From contig OZ239628.1 of NCBI GenBank assembly GCA_965195345.1, positions 320,001 to 384,000 on the forward strand: a stretch of 64,000 nt of DNA. The letters run 5' to 3'. The DNA comes from an uncultured Thiomicrospira sp. (GTDB lineage: Bacteria > Pseudomonadota > Gammaproteobacteria > CAKMZV01). Both the position numbers and the translations under genes were made by a program. Positions within the stretch are counted from its first letter, which is position 1; each line of letters opens with the position of its first letter. Shown one piece after another: positions 10,170-19,972 of the stretch. Below the pieces are notes generated by a model that did not search any database, was not told the origin of the DNA, and saw only the letters and a program-made list of their open reading frames with translations.

Positions 10170-10563
10170 AGAAAAAATCAACACTTTTCATTCCTTAGCA
10201 AAAGATGCTGGAAACAAACTAAGGGCATACATACTTGCCGTTTCATCAGGTTCTGTTGGGGTTTTTTTTCTAACCTTGATGAACACAAAAGGTCACAATA
10301 TAGATAGCTTTGAAAAGTGGCTCCTCACCTGCGGATTAGTGAGTTTTGTGGCAGTGGTGTGTGTTTCTTTGTATGAGCTCAGAAAAGATAGTAACCGCTT
10401 TTACCGCTTAGCTAAGATTCTTGAAAAACCAGAAAATGAACAAAGTTGGGAGGACAACAAAAAGAGAAAATCAAATCGTTTATGCTTAATCAATACTTCC
10501 TACCTCTTTTTTGGATTAGGCATTATACTTACCATCATTTTATTGATTTATAGAGTTTGGTGA
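10159..10563 (+). CDS. Hypothetical membrane protein with 3 predicted TM helices (island cargo)
   Basis: 134-aa ORF with three hydrophobic segments, lying inside the att-bounded island. Confidence 0.7.
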   Translation: MSDKEKINTFHSLAKDAGNKLRAYILAVSSGSVGVFFLTLMNTKGHNIDSFEKWLLTCGLVSFVAVVCVSLYELRKDSNRFYRLAKILEKPENEQSWEDNKKRKSNRLCLINTSYLFFGLGIILTIILLIYRVW

Positions 10564-10684
10564 GCTTTATCACTCCTTCCAATGAGAGTGAAGTCGTCTC
10601 AACGTTACCTAACTAAATTTTAAAGGGGTATATTGATAATTTTCCAATAATAAGTCCAGCATTAAAGGGAATAAATGCCACATA

Positions 10685-10732
10685 TTCAAATCCCGTCATG
10701 TCCATATCAAAACCAGTAAGTAAAAGGCTTTA
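10685..10732 (+). repeat. attR-like duplicate of the tRNA-Thr 3' end, with a 3-nt deletion before TCCA
   Basis: TTCAAATCCCGTCATG---TCCATATCAAAACCAGTAAGTAAAAGGCTTTA versus TTCGACTCCCGTCATGAGCTCCATATCAAAACCAGTAAGAAAAAGGCTTTA at 9032-9082. Confidence 0.9.
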
Positions 10733-10843
10733 TTCGTATTTATTTTAGTGTCATTTGTAAAACGGCTGTATTAAATTAACCAAGAACGTATCGAATTGTA
10801 TTGGTGGGTGGTATGTCGAAATTATGCGGGTTTAGCGCACAAG

Positions 10844-11776
10844 CTATATTGTGTCATAAAGATTATTTGCACCCGCTAATAAAGCTAACAGGCGATCAAA
10901 ACCCAAAGCCACGCCTGTGGTTGCAGGTAATGGGTTAATCTTTAATTGTTCGAGTAATTCGGTGTCCATTGGTATGGATGGTTTATTTTGACTTTGCCTA
11001 AGTTTATTGTCTGCTTGCATGCGTTCAGTGTATTCTTCAGCAAAACGCAATTCTTCATAGCCATGAGCTACTTCAATACCATTGAGGTAGCACTCAAAAC
11101 GCTTGGCTATGGGTGGGGAGTCGCTAGCATCACAAGTTTCAATTTTAGCCATCACAGCAGAATGTTTGGGAAAGTCGTATAAAAAGAAAACCTCGAAATC
11201 CGATAAATGCGGTTCGATGATATGCGTCAGAATTAATTGCTGCCACAGTACTAAATCATTTGGTTCAACGCCTTCCACAGGTGTCCCATTAAGGTCAAAA
11301 TAACGTTGCTTGAGTTGTTGAGCTGAAGCGGTGAATGGATCAATCTGTGCCCAAAATGAAAACGCATCGCGATAGCTCATAAAACGTGGTTTTATTGATT
11401 TTTCCCCACAGTGTTCGATTAAAGCGTGTACTTCGCTCATTAATGCATGAATATCGAAGTCCAAGCGATACCATTCTACTAAAGTGAATTCGTGGCGATG
11501 CCAACGTGCGGTAGGGTCGTCACGAAATGCTTTGCATATTTGATAAATTGACTGTTCAGGGTGCTTTGACAACAGTATTTTCATGGCATTTTCTGGCGAG
11601 GTTTGCAACCATCGTTGTTGATCGCTAAAAACGCACTTGATGCTTTCAATGTGAACGTCTGTTGTAGTGGAATTGCGTAGTAATGGCGTGCTTACTTCAA
11701 TAACGTTCTTGGATGAAAAAAAAGAACGAATTTTGGCTAAAAGGTTTGCTTTTCGGACTAAGGCGCATCCATTCAT
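10844..11776 (-). CDS. epmA: EF-P lysine aminoacylase (beta-lysyl transferase) EpmA/GenX
   Basis: LQTSPE, IYQICKAFR, HRHEFTLVEWY, RFECYLNGIEVAHGYEEL and GVALGFDRL; LysRS catalytic domain only. Confidence 0.93.
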   Translation of the reverse strand: MNGCALVRKANLLAKIRSFFSSKNVIEVSTPLLRNSTTTDVHIESIKCVFSDQQRWLQTSPENAMKILLSKHPEQSIYQICKAFRDDPTARWHRHEFTLVEWYRLDFDIHALMSEVHALIEHCGEKSIKPRFMSYRDAFSFWAQIDPFTASAQQLKQRYFDLNGTPVEGVEPNDLVLWQQLILTHIIEPHLSDFEVFFLYDFPKHSAVMAKIETCDASDSPPIAKRFECYLNGIEVAHGYEELRFAEEYTERMQADNKLRQSQNKPSIPMDTELLEQLKINPLPATTGVALGFDRLLALLAGANNLYDTI

Positions 11777-12435
11777 TTGCTAAAGTTATTTGTCCAGTTT
11801 GTTTGAAGAGAGATGATTAAATTATCCTCGCTGTTTAGGAAACGATGAACAAAATCCAATCCTAAAACGATACCAGAAAAGCTTTGTGCTATTGTTACTT
11901 GATAGTATTCACTACTTCCTGTGAGCGCTCCTTGTACTTGAAAGTTATCGGGCTCGTACAAGCCGAACTTTAGTGCATAGTTGGTATCAGAAGAGAGAAG
12001 TCCTTTATAGCTTAAAGAATAAGCATTACCCGCCGATCCAATGCCATACACAGTGTCTATTTCGACATTGGCTTGGCTTGCGGAAAAGAAGATTTCTTGA
12101 AAATCTTCGCGCTCCTCAAATTGGTACTGTTGAGTAATTACTTGTACTTTACTGTCACCGATTGTAGCTGAAAAGCCCGCTTTAATACGCAGCTCAAGAT
12201 CATTGGACAAGGTGTTTGCCTCAATACCTAATAAATAACCACTGTCGCTGGTAAAATTAACTTTAGAGCGAATAGAAGTGCGTTCAACAGGATTGTTTTG
12301 TTCGTCAAAGAGTTGACGAACACCTCGAAAGACGTAATTATTGGCAAATCGAACTTCACTCGAAACGCTTTCAGCCCTTGCATTAAGTGGCAAGATTAAA
12401 AATATAAATATGTATATATAGGTTAGTAGTTTCAT
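11773..12435 (-). CDS. TorF/Gcw_chp-family putative outer-membrane porin
   Basis: Signal peptide MKLL...NARA followed by NNYVFRGVRQ, matching the family motif S-D/N-Y-x-F-R-G-x-S-Q; amphipathic beta-strand pattern. Confidence 0.65.
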   Translation of the reverse strand: MKLLTYIYIFIFLILPLNARAESVSSEVRFANNYVFRGVRQLFDEQNNPVERTSIRSKVNFTSDSGYLLGIEANTLSNDLELRIKAGFSATIGDSKVQVITQQYQFEEREDFQEIFFSASQANVEIDTVYGIGSAGNAYSLSYKGLLSSDTNYALKFGLYEPDNFQVQGALTGSSEYYQVTIAQSFSGIVLGLDFVHRFLNSEDNLIISLQTNWTNNFSK

Positions 12436-13228
12436 GGAAGTTTGGCAATCGATTGTACTTGCATTTATCCAAGGCATAACTGAATTCCTTCCAGTATCCA
12501 GTTCCGCTCATCTTATTCTTGTTCCAATCATAACGCAATGGCAGGATCAGGGATTAGCGTTTGATGTAGCTGTCCATTTTGGCACGCTGATAGCAGTTTT
12601 GCATTATTTTCGTCAACAAATACGACAATTGATCGTTGCTTGGTTTGGAAATTTCACTGACCTGACAAATCAGGATGTTCGCATCAGTTGGAGTATTATC
12701 ATTTCAACATTGCCAGTGGTTATTGTTGGAGCGTTATTTAATGATTGGATTGAAGCGCAATTGCGTTCTCCAGAAGTCATTGCATGGTCAACAATTGTTT
12801 TTGGAGTATTACTTGCTGTGTCAACGCTTGGGAAGAAAACGCGAGGCTTGGCTGAAATAACATTGCTAACGGCTCTTATTATTGGATTGTTTCAAGTAGT
12901 AGCTTTAATTCCTGGAACGTCAAGGTCTGGAATAACGATTACCGCCGCTTTATTTTTAGGATGGCGGATGACAGACGCTGCACGGTATTCTTTTTTGTTG
13001 TCCATTCCAGTTATTTTAGGGGCAACGTTGCTGCAATTTTTAAAGCTGATGGAGTCTCCCATAGCAACTCATTGGTTTGATATGGGGGTTGCTGTTTTAG
13101 TTGCTGCTGTAAGTGCATGGTTTTGCATGGATTTTTTCTTGCGCATTGTGGAGCGAATAGGAATGATGCCATTTGTGTTATATCGACTTTTGTTGGGAGG
13201 AGGGCTGCTGTTTTATTTTGGTATGTGA
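12434..13228 (+). CDS. uppP: Undecaprenyl-diphosphate phosphatase (BacA)
   Basis: QGITEFLPVSSSAHL and PGTSRSG signature motifs. Confidence 0.96.
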   Translation: MEVWQSIVLAFIQGITEFLPVSSSAHLILVPIITQWQDQGLAFDVAVHFGTLIAVLHYFRQQIRQLIVAWFGNFTDLTNQDVRISWSIIISTLPVVIVGALFNDWIEAQLRSPEVIAWSTIVFGVLLAVSTLGKKTRGLAEITLLTALIIGLFQVVALIPGTSRSGITITAALFLGWRMTDAARYSFLLSIPVILGATLLQFLKLMESPIATHWFDMGVAVLVAAVSAWFCMDFFLRIVERIGMMPFVLYRLLLGGGLLFYFGM

Positions 13229-13282
13229 TGTCCTATTGATTTGATGTTATCTGTCCTTGATTGATGATCAATAATAGCAAAA

Positions 13283-14785
13283 ATGCTTGCACTCACTCAT
13301 ACCCGTATCATGGGAACTATCGAAGCCACTGAGGTTACTGTTGAGGTACACAGTGCCAATGGTATGCCTTTATTTAACTTAGTGGGTCTGGCTGAAACAT
13401 CTGTGAAGGAAAGTCGCGATAGGGTACGTGGGGCAATCATTAATAGCGGATTTGAATTTCCTTGGAAGCGTTTGGTAGTGAATTTATCGCCCGCAGACAT
13501 TCCTAAGTCAGGCAGCGGTTATGATCTTCCTATTGCTATTGGCTTACTGATGGTTAGTGGACAGATAAACACGCTTGATAGTGCTATTTATGAGTTTTAT
13601 GGCGAGTTAACGCTATCAGGTGAGTTGCGTCCTGTACAGGGGTTATTGCCGGCACTGCTTCAGCAGAGAGATAATAAAAAAATCCGCATAATCCCCGATG
13701 GCAATGTTTCTGAAGCCGCCATGGTCGGCGATAACAACATATTGAGTGCGCGTTCTTTACAGTGCATTGTTATGCATTTCAACGGAGGTAAGCCTTTAGA
13801 GAAAGTGGAACCAGCGAATGCACAGGCAACTGAGGAAGGCATTGATTGGAGTGATGTTCGAGGTCAAACGCGAACTAAGAATGCTCTTTTGGTCGTTGCT
13901 GCTGGAGGACATTCCGCTTTAATGGTAGGACCCCCGGGGTGCGGAAAAAGCATGATGGCAAAGGCTTTTAGTGGGATTTTGCCGGACCTTAGTCGAGAAC
14001 AGAAATTGCAAAGTGCTGCGATTTACTCTGTCGCTGGGTTGTCTCCAAATTTTGATAAGGGTTTTAGACCACCCATACGCAGACCGCATCATAGCTGCTC
14101 AGATATTGCGATTATAGGAGGAGGCACTAAAGCAAAACCAGGGGAAGTATCTTTGGCGCATAACGGCGTGCTTTTTTTAGATGAATTGCTTGAGTTTTCA
14201 CGTAATGTATTGGAGGGGTTACGTGAGCCATTAGAGGAAGGAGAAGTACATATAACAAGAGCCCAAGCGCGCGCAGTGTATCCATCAAGGTTTCAATTGA
14301 TAGGTGCAATGAATCCATGCCCTTGTGGTTTTCTTGGTGAAGCGCGCTGTCGTTGCAATCCTGATGCAGTAAGACGTTATAGAAACAAGTTATCTGGTCC
14401 ATTTCTTGACCGTATTGATTTGCACATAACAGTCACTCCAGTTAGTCATAATCGCTTGATTAATAAGGATATTGAGTGCGAGAATTCAAGTTATTGGCGT
14501 GAAAGAATAGCCGCTTGCCAAGGTAAGCAAAAAGAGCGTCAAGGTAAACTTAATGCACGGCTGCACTTTAAAGAGGTTGAACAAATAATTCGGATTGATG
14601 AGAAAACGAAGAGTCAATTGTTTGAGACGATAAATCATCTAAAAATGTCAGCAAGAAGTTATCATCGTGTACTTAAGTTATTGCTTACGTTGAGTGATTG
14701 GCATGAGCAGGATATAAACGATGTGTTGATTGCACAGGCAATTTCTTTGCGATCTTTAGACCGTGCGAACTCTCAAAGCATGTAA
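13283..14785 (+). CDS. comM: YifB/ComM Mg-chelatase-like AAA+ ATPase
   Basis: VKESRDRVRGA, NLSPADIPK, GPPGCGKSM, PGEVSLAHNGVLFLDE and NPCPCG motifs. Confidence 0.93.
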   Translation: MLALTHTRIMGTIEATEVTVEVHSANGMPLFNLVGLAETSVKESRDRVRGAIINSGFEFPWKRLVVNLSPADIPKSGSGYDLPIAIGLLMVSGQINTLDSAIYEFYGELTLSGELRPVQGLLPALLQQRDNKKIRIIPDGNVSEAAMVGDNNILSARSLQCIVMHFNGGKPLEKVEPANAQATEEGIDWSDVRGQTRTKNALLVVAAGGHSALMVGPPGCGKSMMAKAFSGILPDLSREQKLQSAAIYSVAGLSPNFDKGFRPPIRRPHHSCSDIAIIGGGTKAKPGEVSLAHNGVLFLDELLEFSRNVLEGLREPLEEGEVHITRAQARAVYPSRFQLIGAMNPCPCGFLGEARCRCNPDAVRRYRNKLSGPFLDRIDLHITVTPVSHNRLINKDIECENSSYWRERIAACQGKQKERQGKLNARLHFKEVEQIIRIDEKTKSQLFETINHLKMSARSYHRVLKLLLTLSDWHEQDINDVLIAQAISLRSLDRANSQSM

Positions 14786-14838
14786 ATACTAAGTAATCGC
14801 TTTAATGAGCAGGGTTTGAGTAACGTTATAATGCACGG

Positions 14839-17325
14839 ATGCAACAAGTTATCTCGCTAAGCGTCCTATTTCTATTAGTTTTTCTATCGGGATGTTCAGC
14901 TCCCCTGCATTCGCCATCTAGCAGTGAAGGAGGACAGGAAGCGGAAATAAAAGAAGTGCCAAAAACACTTGATACAGAAATAACGAAAAAAAAGAAATCT
15001 GAAGAAAAAGCATTCTTAGGAATAGCTCATAGAGTGGTTGATCTCAGCACAAACGAACATGCTACTGAGAAAACGGCTTACCAAATAACATTCATTATTC
15101 CCGATTCAGCGGCTCAACGTGCAGGGCTCCTAAAAGATGATTTTATTTTACGTTACGACGATATATCGCTCGATTCGATTACAACATCGGTACGCCAATC
15201 TGCTTTGCGCAATTACTTATTTGAACATAAGTCGGTGGGTGAGCATATAGACCTAAAAATAATGCGTTATGAATCTTTGGTATCAGAGAATCAGGGGCAG
15301 CCTACCTCAATAGGATTGTTTGATTGGGAAGCGTTTAAGAACCATGGTGGAAAGAAGGCATCTCAAAAGATTGAAATTCAACACGATATCAAAATTTTCA
15401 ATACAACAGCAGTTTTAGGTCAAAGGGTTAACCGTGAATTGGATTCTTTGCCAGTGCCTGAAGAGGTGCTGCCGCAGTATGCCAATTTATCAACGGGTGT
15501 TCTTCATTTCGTTAACACGGTTATTGAAGAACAAGGTTTGCAGGATCAATGGGAAGATTTTAAATTACGCCACGCACGGGATGAACTTTGGCAAGGCCTT
15601 GAAGACGGTATGTGTCGATACGATCATTTTCAATACATGCGTTTGCGCCCGCTTAAATCTTTTTATGTGGCGCGTGCGATGGCGCAAGAAGCTCGTGAAA
15701 AAGCAAATCCAATTGAATTGATGCAAACATGGCTTATTAATCACACGGATGATCAGCAAGACGGCGAAATGAGCAAGTTGTCTAAGCTATCACCTTGGCA
15801 AGCAAATATAACGATAGATGATTGGATGGAATGGTTGACTCAATCGGCTAACATTATCGGTAAGACACGCAATGATGCTTTTTCGGCACTATCCCAAGCA
15901 GAACAAAGAGAGTTGAGTGCTTTAATCGACGGTGTGATGAAGCGATTTGGAGAAAGCTTTTATATCAATTATGTCGAAAGCGGTGAAAGACCGGTCGATC
16001 AGATGAATCGCCGTTTTTTTGAGTTAGCTTTAAAAGTTGATCTTCAACAGCTATATCAAGCGGGCGTTCTGATGACCCAGCTGTATGATAAGGAAATGCT
16101 ACAAGCTATAAAAGCGGTTGTTGAGGATTCAAGCCAGAGTGTATACACAGCAGAAAGTACTTTTGGGCGAATCATTGTGGCGGGTTCCGAAAATAATCAG
16201 CATCGCCATCCTGCTGCTATATTGATAGATACAGGAGGAGATGAGCAATATTTAGGGGCAAATCAAGGAGGGGAGCAAGCGGTTGCAATAACTATTGATA
16301 TGTCTGGTAATGACCGCTATTGGGCAACGAGGGCATACTCGCTTGGGGGCGCAAAAATGGCGGTTTCGGCTGTCATTGATTTAGGAGGTAATGACAGCTA
16401 TATTGGGAGAGAGTTTTCTCAAGCTGCGAGCGTGCTTGGCGTAGGTATGTTAATTGACGAATCTGGTGATGATCGCTATTTGGCACGACGGTATGGGCAA
16501 GGAACAGCATTTATGGGTATTGCCGTTTTGAAAGATTTTGAAGGGGATGATGAGTACCATGCTGATACATACTCGCAAGGTTTAGGTGGGGTTTGTGCTG
16601 TTGGATTTTTGCATGATTTAGAGGGAGATGATCGTTATATTGCAGGGCTTGAAAAACCCTCTTCTTATGGCACGTCAGGACACTTTCAAGGCGCCTCACA
16701 AGGTGTGGGTATAGGATTTAGAGGCTATTCGAGAGGAGGATATGGCCTGTTGGTTGATGAGTCAGGAGATGATTCATATGAAGTGGGTAATTTTGGAATG
16801 GGAACAGGCTATTTTTTTGGACTTGGCATGTTAGTAGATAATGAGGGTGATGATATCTATAATTCTGCGCGCTATGGGCTGGCAGCTTCGGCGCACTCTG
16901 CTGTTGGTGTAGTGATTGAAGGTGGAGGTGATGATGAATATTTAGGAAACCATATTGCCGCAAATGGGGCAGCATGGGATTTGAGCTTCAGCTTTTTTTA
17001 TGAAGGGGGTGGGGATGATAAGTATGGGGTGTACCAATATGGTTTTAGTAAAGGCGCTGCGGCGCATAATGGGTTTGCAGTGATGTTTGACGAACATGGA
17101 GATGATGAATATTTTCTTGATTCGGAAAAAGTTACTCTAAATGACTATCATGGGGGCGATAGTTTTGCATTTCGATTTGACTTTAACGGTGATGACAAGT
17201 ACTTGAATGAGGGGGGGAATGATCGGTTTTCCGCAAGTGGGCAGTATCGATTTTCAATAGATTGGCATACGCGCTTTTCTACGGATCGTGCCTTTAGTAA
17301 TTGGCTTGGTACAAACGAACGTTGA
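14839..17325 (+). CDS. Uncharacterised lipoprotein: PDZ-like domain plus ~13 D-x-x-G-D/N-D-x-Y repeats
   Basis: Lipobox VFLSGC; PDZ-like AFLGI...IIPDSAAQRAGLLKDDFI; C-terminal ~26-aa periodic repeats rich in G/A/S. Confidence 0.75.
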   Translation: MQQVISLSVLFLLVFLSGCSAPLHSPSSSEGGQEAEIKEVPKTLDTEITKKKKSEEKAFLGIAHRVVDLSTNEHATEKTAYQITFIIPDSAAQRAGLLKDDFILRYDDISLDSITTSVRQSALRNYLFEHKSVGEHIDLKIMRYESLVSENQGQPTSIGLFDWEAFKNHGGKKASQKIEIQHDIKIFNTTAVLGQRVNRELDSLPVPEEVLPQYANLSTGVLHFVNTVIEEQGLQDQWEDFKLRHARDELWQGLEDGMCRYDHFQYMRLRPLKSFYVARAMAQEAREKANPIELMQTWLINHTDDQQDGEMSKLSKLSPWQANITIDDWMEWLTQSANIIGKTRNDAFSALSQAEQRELSALIDGVMKRFGESFYINYVESGERPVDQMNRRFFELALKVDLQQLYQAGVLMTQLYDKEMLQAIKAVVEDSSQSVYTAESTFGRIIVAGSENNQHRHPAAILIDTGGDEQYLGANQGGEQAVAITIDMSGNDRYWATRAYSLGGAKMAVSAVIDLGGNDSYIGREFSQAASVLGVGMLIDESGDDRYLARRYGQGTAFMGIAVLKDFEGDDEYHADTYSQGLGGVCAVGFLHDLEGDDRYIAGLEKPSSYGTSGHFQGASQGVGIGFRGYSRGGYGLLVDESGDDSYEVGNFGMGTGYFFGLGMLVDNEGDDIYNSARYGLAASAHSAVGVVIEGGGDDEYLGNHIAANGAAWDLSFSFFYEGGGDDKYGVYQYGFSKGAAAHNGFAVMFDEHGDDEYFLDSEKVTLNDYHGGDSFAFRFDFNGDDKYLNEGGNDRFSASGQYRFSIDWHTRFSTDRAFSNWLGTNER

Positions 17326-17334
17326 TAAGGGAAT

Positions 17335-17796
17335 ATGATTCACATCATTTTATTTCGCCCAGAAATTCCATCTAACACAGGAGCTATCATTCGATTAAGC
17401 GCCAACACAGGTTCCCATTTACATTTAATTCATCCATTAGGATTTGATTTACAGGATAAAAAACTGCGCAGAGCTGGCTTAGATTATCATGAGTTTGCTG
17501 AAATCAGTCAGCATCAATCGTTATCTGAATGTTTAAGCAGTTTAAAAGACATTGTGGCATTCGCTTTCACAACCAAAGGCAGTCAATTGCTGCACGAAGT
17601 GGCGTTTCCGCAAAAGTGTGCGTTGGTTTTCGGTTCGGAAACAAGCGGGCTCGGCGAAGAATTAAGTTATTTTAATGATTCACACAGATGCCGTTTGCCG
17701 ATGATGCCTGACAGTAGAAGCATCAACCTTGCAAATGCAGTGAGTGTTGCTGTTTATGAAGCGTGGCGCCAGCATGGTTTCATTGGAGGGCAGTAG
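17335..17796 (+). CDS. trmL: tRNA (cytidine(34)-2'-O)-methyltransferase
   Basis: PEIPSNTGAIIRL, LRRAGLDYH, FGSETSGL and RSINLANAV SPOUT motifs. Confidence 0.95.
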   Translation: MIHIILFRPEIPSNTGAIIRLSANTGSHLHLIHPLGFDLQDKKLRRAGLDYHEFAEISQHQSLSECLSSLKDIVAFAFTTKGSQLLHEVAFPQKCALVFGSETSGLGEELSYFNDSHRCRLPMMPDSRSINLANAVSVAVYEAWRQHGFIGGQ

Positions 17797-17822
17797 CCAC
17801 CTTCAGAGATCAGAGAGGCTTA

Positions 17823-18674
17823 TTACTGAGAGGAAAGCCCGCGTAATCGTTCACTTCTACGTCGGATCAGTTCCAATGTGGTTAGCAGAGCAATTGACAG
17901 TACAACCATGACGGTTGAAACGGCGAGGATGGTTGGCGATATTTGTTCGCGCAACCCTGTAAACATTTGCCATGGAAGTGTTTTGCTGTCGGCTGCCCCA
18001 ACAAATAAGACTACAACAACTTCATCAAATGAAGTGATGAAGGCAAATAAAGCACCAGAGATAACTCCAGGTAGTATAAGAGGTACTTGAATTTTAAAAA
18101 ACGTTGCAATTTGATTGGCGCCCAAACTCGCAGCGGCTCGCGTAAGAGATTTATCAAAGCCCACTAAGGTTGCAGTCACTGTAATAATAACAAATGGGGT
18201 CCCTAATACTGCATGCGCAAGGACGACGCCCCAGTAGGTGCCTTGTAACCCTATTCGCGAATAGAAAAAGTACATTCCAGCGGCCGAAATAATCAACGGA
18301 ACAATCATTGGAGAAATAAGTATTGCCATAATAGTTCCCCGAAAGGGAACATGTGTTTGCGATAGTCCTATGGCTGCTAACGTACCGAAAGCGGTCGCTA
18401 ATAATGTTGCCATTGGCGCAATTTTAAAACTGTTTGCAAGAGAACGTTGCCATTCGGAATTGGTGAAGAAATCTTTATAGTGCTTAAGTGAATAACCTTC
18501 AGGGTCAAGCGCCAGCATTTCTTTGGTAAATGTGAAAAAGTCTTGGGCGTTGAAGCTTAATGGAATTATGATTAGAATGGGTAGAATTAAAAAAGCAAAA
18601 ATTAGAGCACAGATAAAACGAAAGGTGTAGTACCACAATTTTTGTCCTGTTGAAGCATAGATCGGTAAAGACAT
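17823..18674 (-). CDS. potC: Polyamine-type ABC transporter permease (PotC-like)
   Basis: EAA-like loop LTRAAASLGA; SFDEVVV and TLPWQMF motifs. Confidence 0.85.
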   Translation of the reverse strand: MSLPIYASTGQKLWYYTFRFICALIFAFLILPILIIIPLSFNAQDFFTFTKEMLALDPEGYSLKHYKDFFTNSEWQRSLANSFKIAPMATLLATAFGTLAAIGLSQTHVPFRGTIMAILISPMIVPLIISAAGMYFFYSRIGLQGTYWGVVLAHAVLGTPFVIITVTATLVGFDKSLTRAAASLGANQIATFFKIQVPLILPGVISGALFAFITSFDEVVVVLFVGAADSKTLPWQMFTGLREQISPTILAVSTVMVVLSIALLTTLELIRRRSERLRGLSSQ

Positions 18675-18676
18675 AA

Positions 18677-19924
18677 TTATCCTAATTTGACGTTGTCAAT
18701 TCCAACGATTCGATCGTATAGCCAATAAAGCACTACCACAACTATAAGCAATATTGATCCAAGTGCTGCAGCAAGTCCCCAATTCAAGGAAGAGGATATG
18801 TGATAAGCAATTCGATTTGAGATAAACACCCCAGAAGTACCACCGACCAATTCAGGTGTAATGTAGTAACCAATTGACAATATAAACGCAAGAATAGAAC
18901 CCGCTCCAATGCCTGGTATTGAATTCGGGAAATACACTTTCCAGAAAGCAGTCCAGTCGTTTGCGCCTAAACTTTTTGCGGCTCTCAGATAAGAAGGCGG
19001 TATTCCTTTCATTACAGAGTACAAAGGTAAAATCATAAAGGGCATCAAAATATGGGTCATTGCGATAATGGTACCTGTTTGATTATTTATGAGCTCAAGG
19101 CGAGCGTTATCGCTAACCAATGATAAGGCAACTAAGGTATCGTTGATAACCCCTTGCTGTTGCAGCAATACTTTCCACGCAGAAGTACGAACTAATAATG
19201 AAGTCCAAAAAGGCAACAAAACCAAAATCATAAGTATGTTTGCAGTTCGTACTTTTAAATTAGCCAGTAAATAAGCAATTGGATATCCGAGCAAAAGACA
19301 CATAGTCGTTATGACCAACGATATAAATAGAGTTCTTAGGAATAGCTTAAGATAGATGCGTTCACTTTCTGGTTTTAAAACAATACTTCCAGCATCATCT
19401 TTTAAATCGGCAGCATTTAGAAAATATGAAGGAGTGTATGTAGGGCTAAATTGCTTTATTACAGCCCATGTTTTGATATCGCCCCATTTTTCATGGATAT
19501 CTAAAAATTGTTGTTTGTAATCGAATGTTTCAAGTTTTTTAACTTTACGTCCTGTCTTCCTAAATAGACTGGACATTCCTGAAGATTCGTAGTTTAAACG
19601 TGACCCCAGTCGGGTATGACTTTTATCCTTAACCGCCGATTTTAAATCAGCAGCCAGCGCCTTAAATACCTCTTCTGAGGGTAGTTCCCCGCTTTGCTTA
19701 TCCCAAGTTCTAAGCGCAACAACGGTTTGTGGTAATGTTTCAGAAACGATGCCGTTTTCGGTGGAACGAAACAGCATATCTGCAACAGGTGCAATAAAAG
19801 AGAATATGACAAATAACAATAAGGGTACTATGAGAAGAAACGCTCGAATCTTTTCACGGCGTAAGGATTTAGCCAAAGATGCTTTGAGCGGTCTTCCGTC
19901 TTGTGTGAGAATTATTTCAGTCAT
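18677..19924 (-). CDS. potB: Polyamine-type ABC transporter permease (PotB-like, large periplasmic loop)
   Basis: LLPFWTSLLVR, PFMILPLYS and RAAKSLGA motifs. Confidence 0.85.
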   Translation of the reverse strand: MTEIILTQDGRPLKASLAKSLRREKIRAFLLIVPLLLFVIFSFIAPVADMLFRSTENGIVSETLPQTVVALRTWDKQSGELPSEEVFKALAADLKSAVKDKSHTRLGSRLNYESSGMSSLFRKTGRKVKKLETFDYKQQFLDIHEKWGDIKTWAVIKQFSPTYTPSYFLNAADLKDDAGSIVLKPESERIYLKLFLRTLFISLVITTMCLLLGYPIAYLLANLKVRTANILMILVLLPFWTSLLVRTSAWKVLLQQQGVINDTLVALSLVSDNARLELINNQTGTIIAMTHILMPFMILPLYSVMKGIPPSYLRAAKSLGANDWTAFWKVYFPNSIPGIGAGSILAFILSIGYYITPELVGGTSGVFISNRIAYHISSSLNWGLAAALGSILLIVVVVLYWLYDRIVGIDNVKLG

Positions 19925-19935
19925 AAGAGGATATG

Positions 19936-19965
19936 AAAAAGGGGAGGCGAAAATCCTCCCCTTTT
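19936..19965 (-). terminator. Intra-operon stem-loop/terminator after the solute-binding gene
   Basis: AAAAA-GGGGAGG-cgaaaat-CCTCCCC-TTTT. Confidence 0.75.
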
Positions 19966-19972
19966 AAAAATA

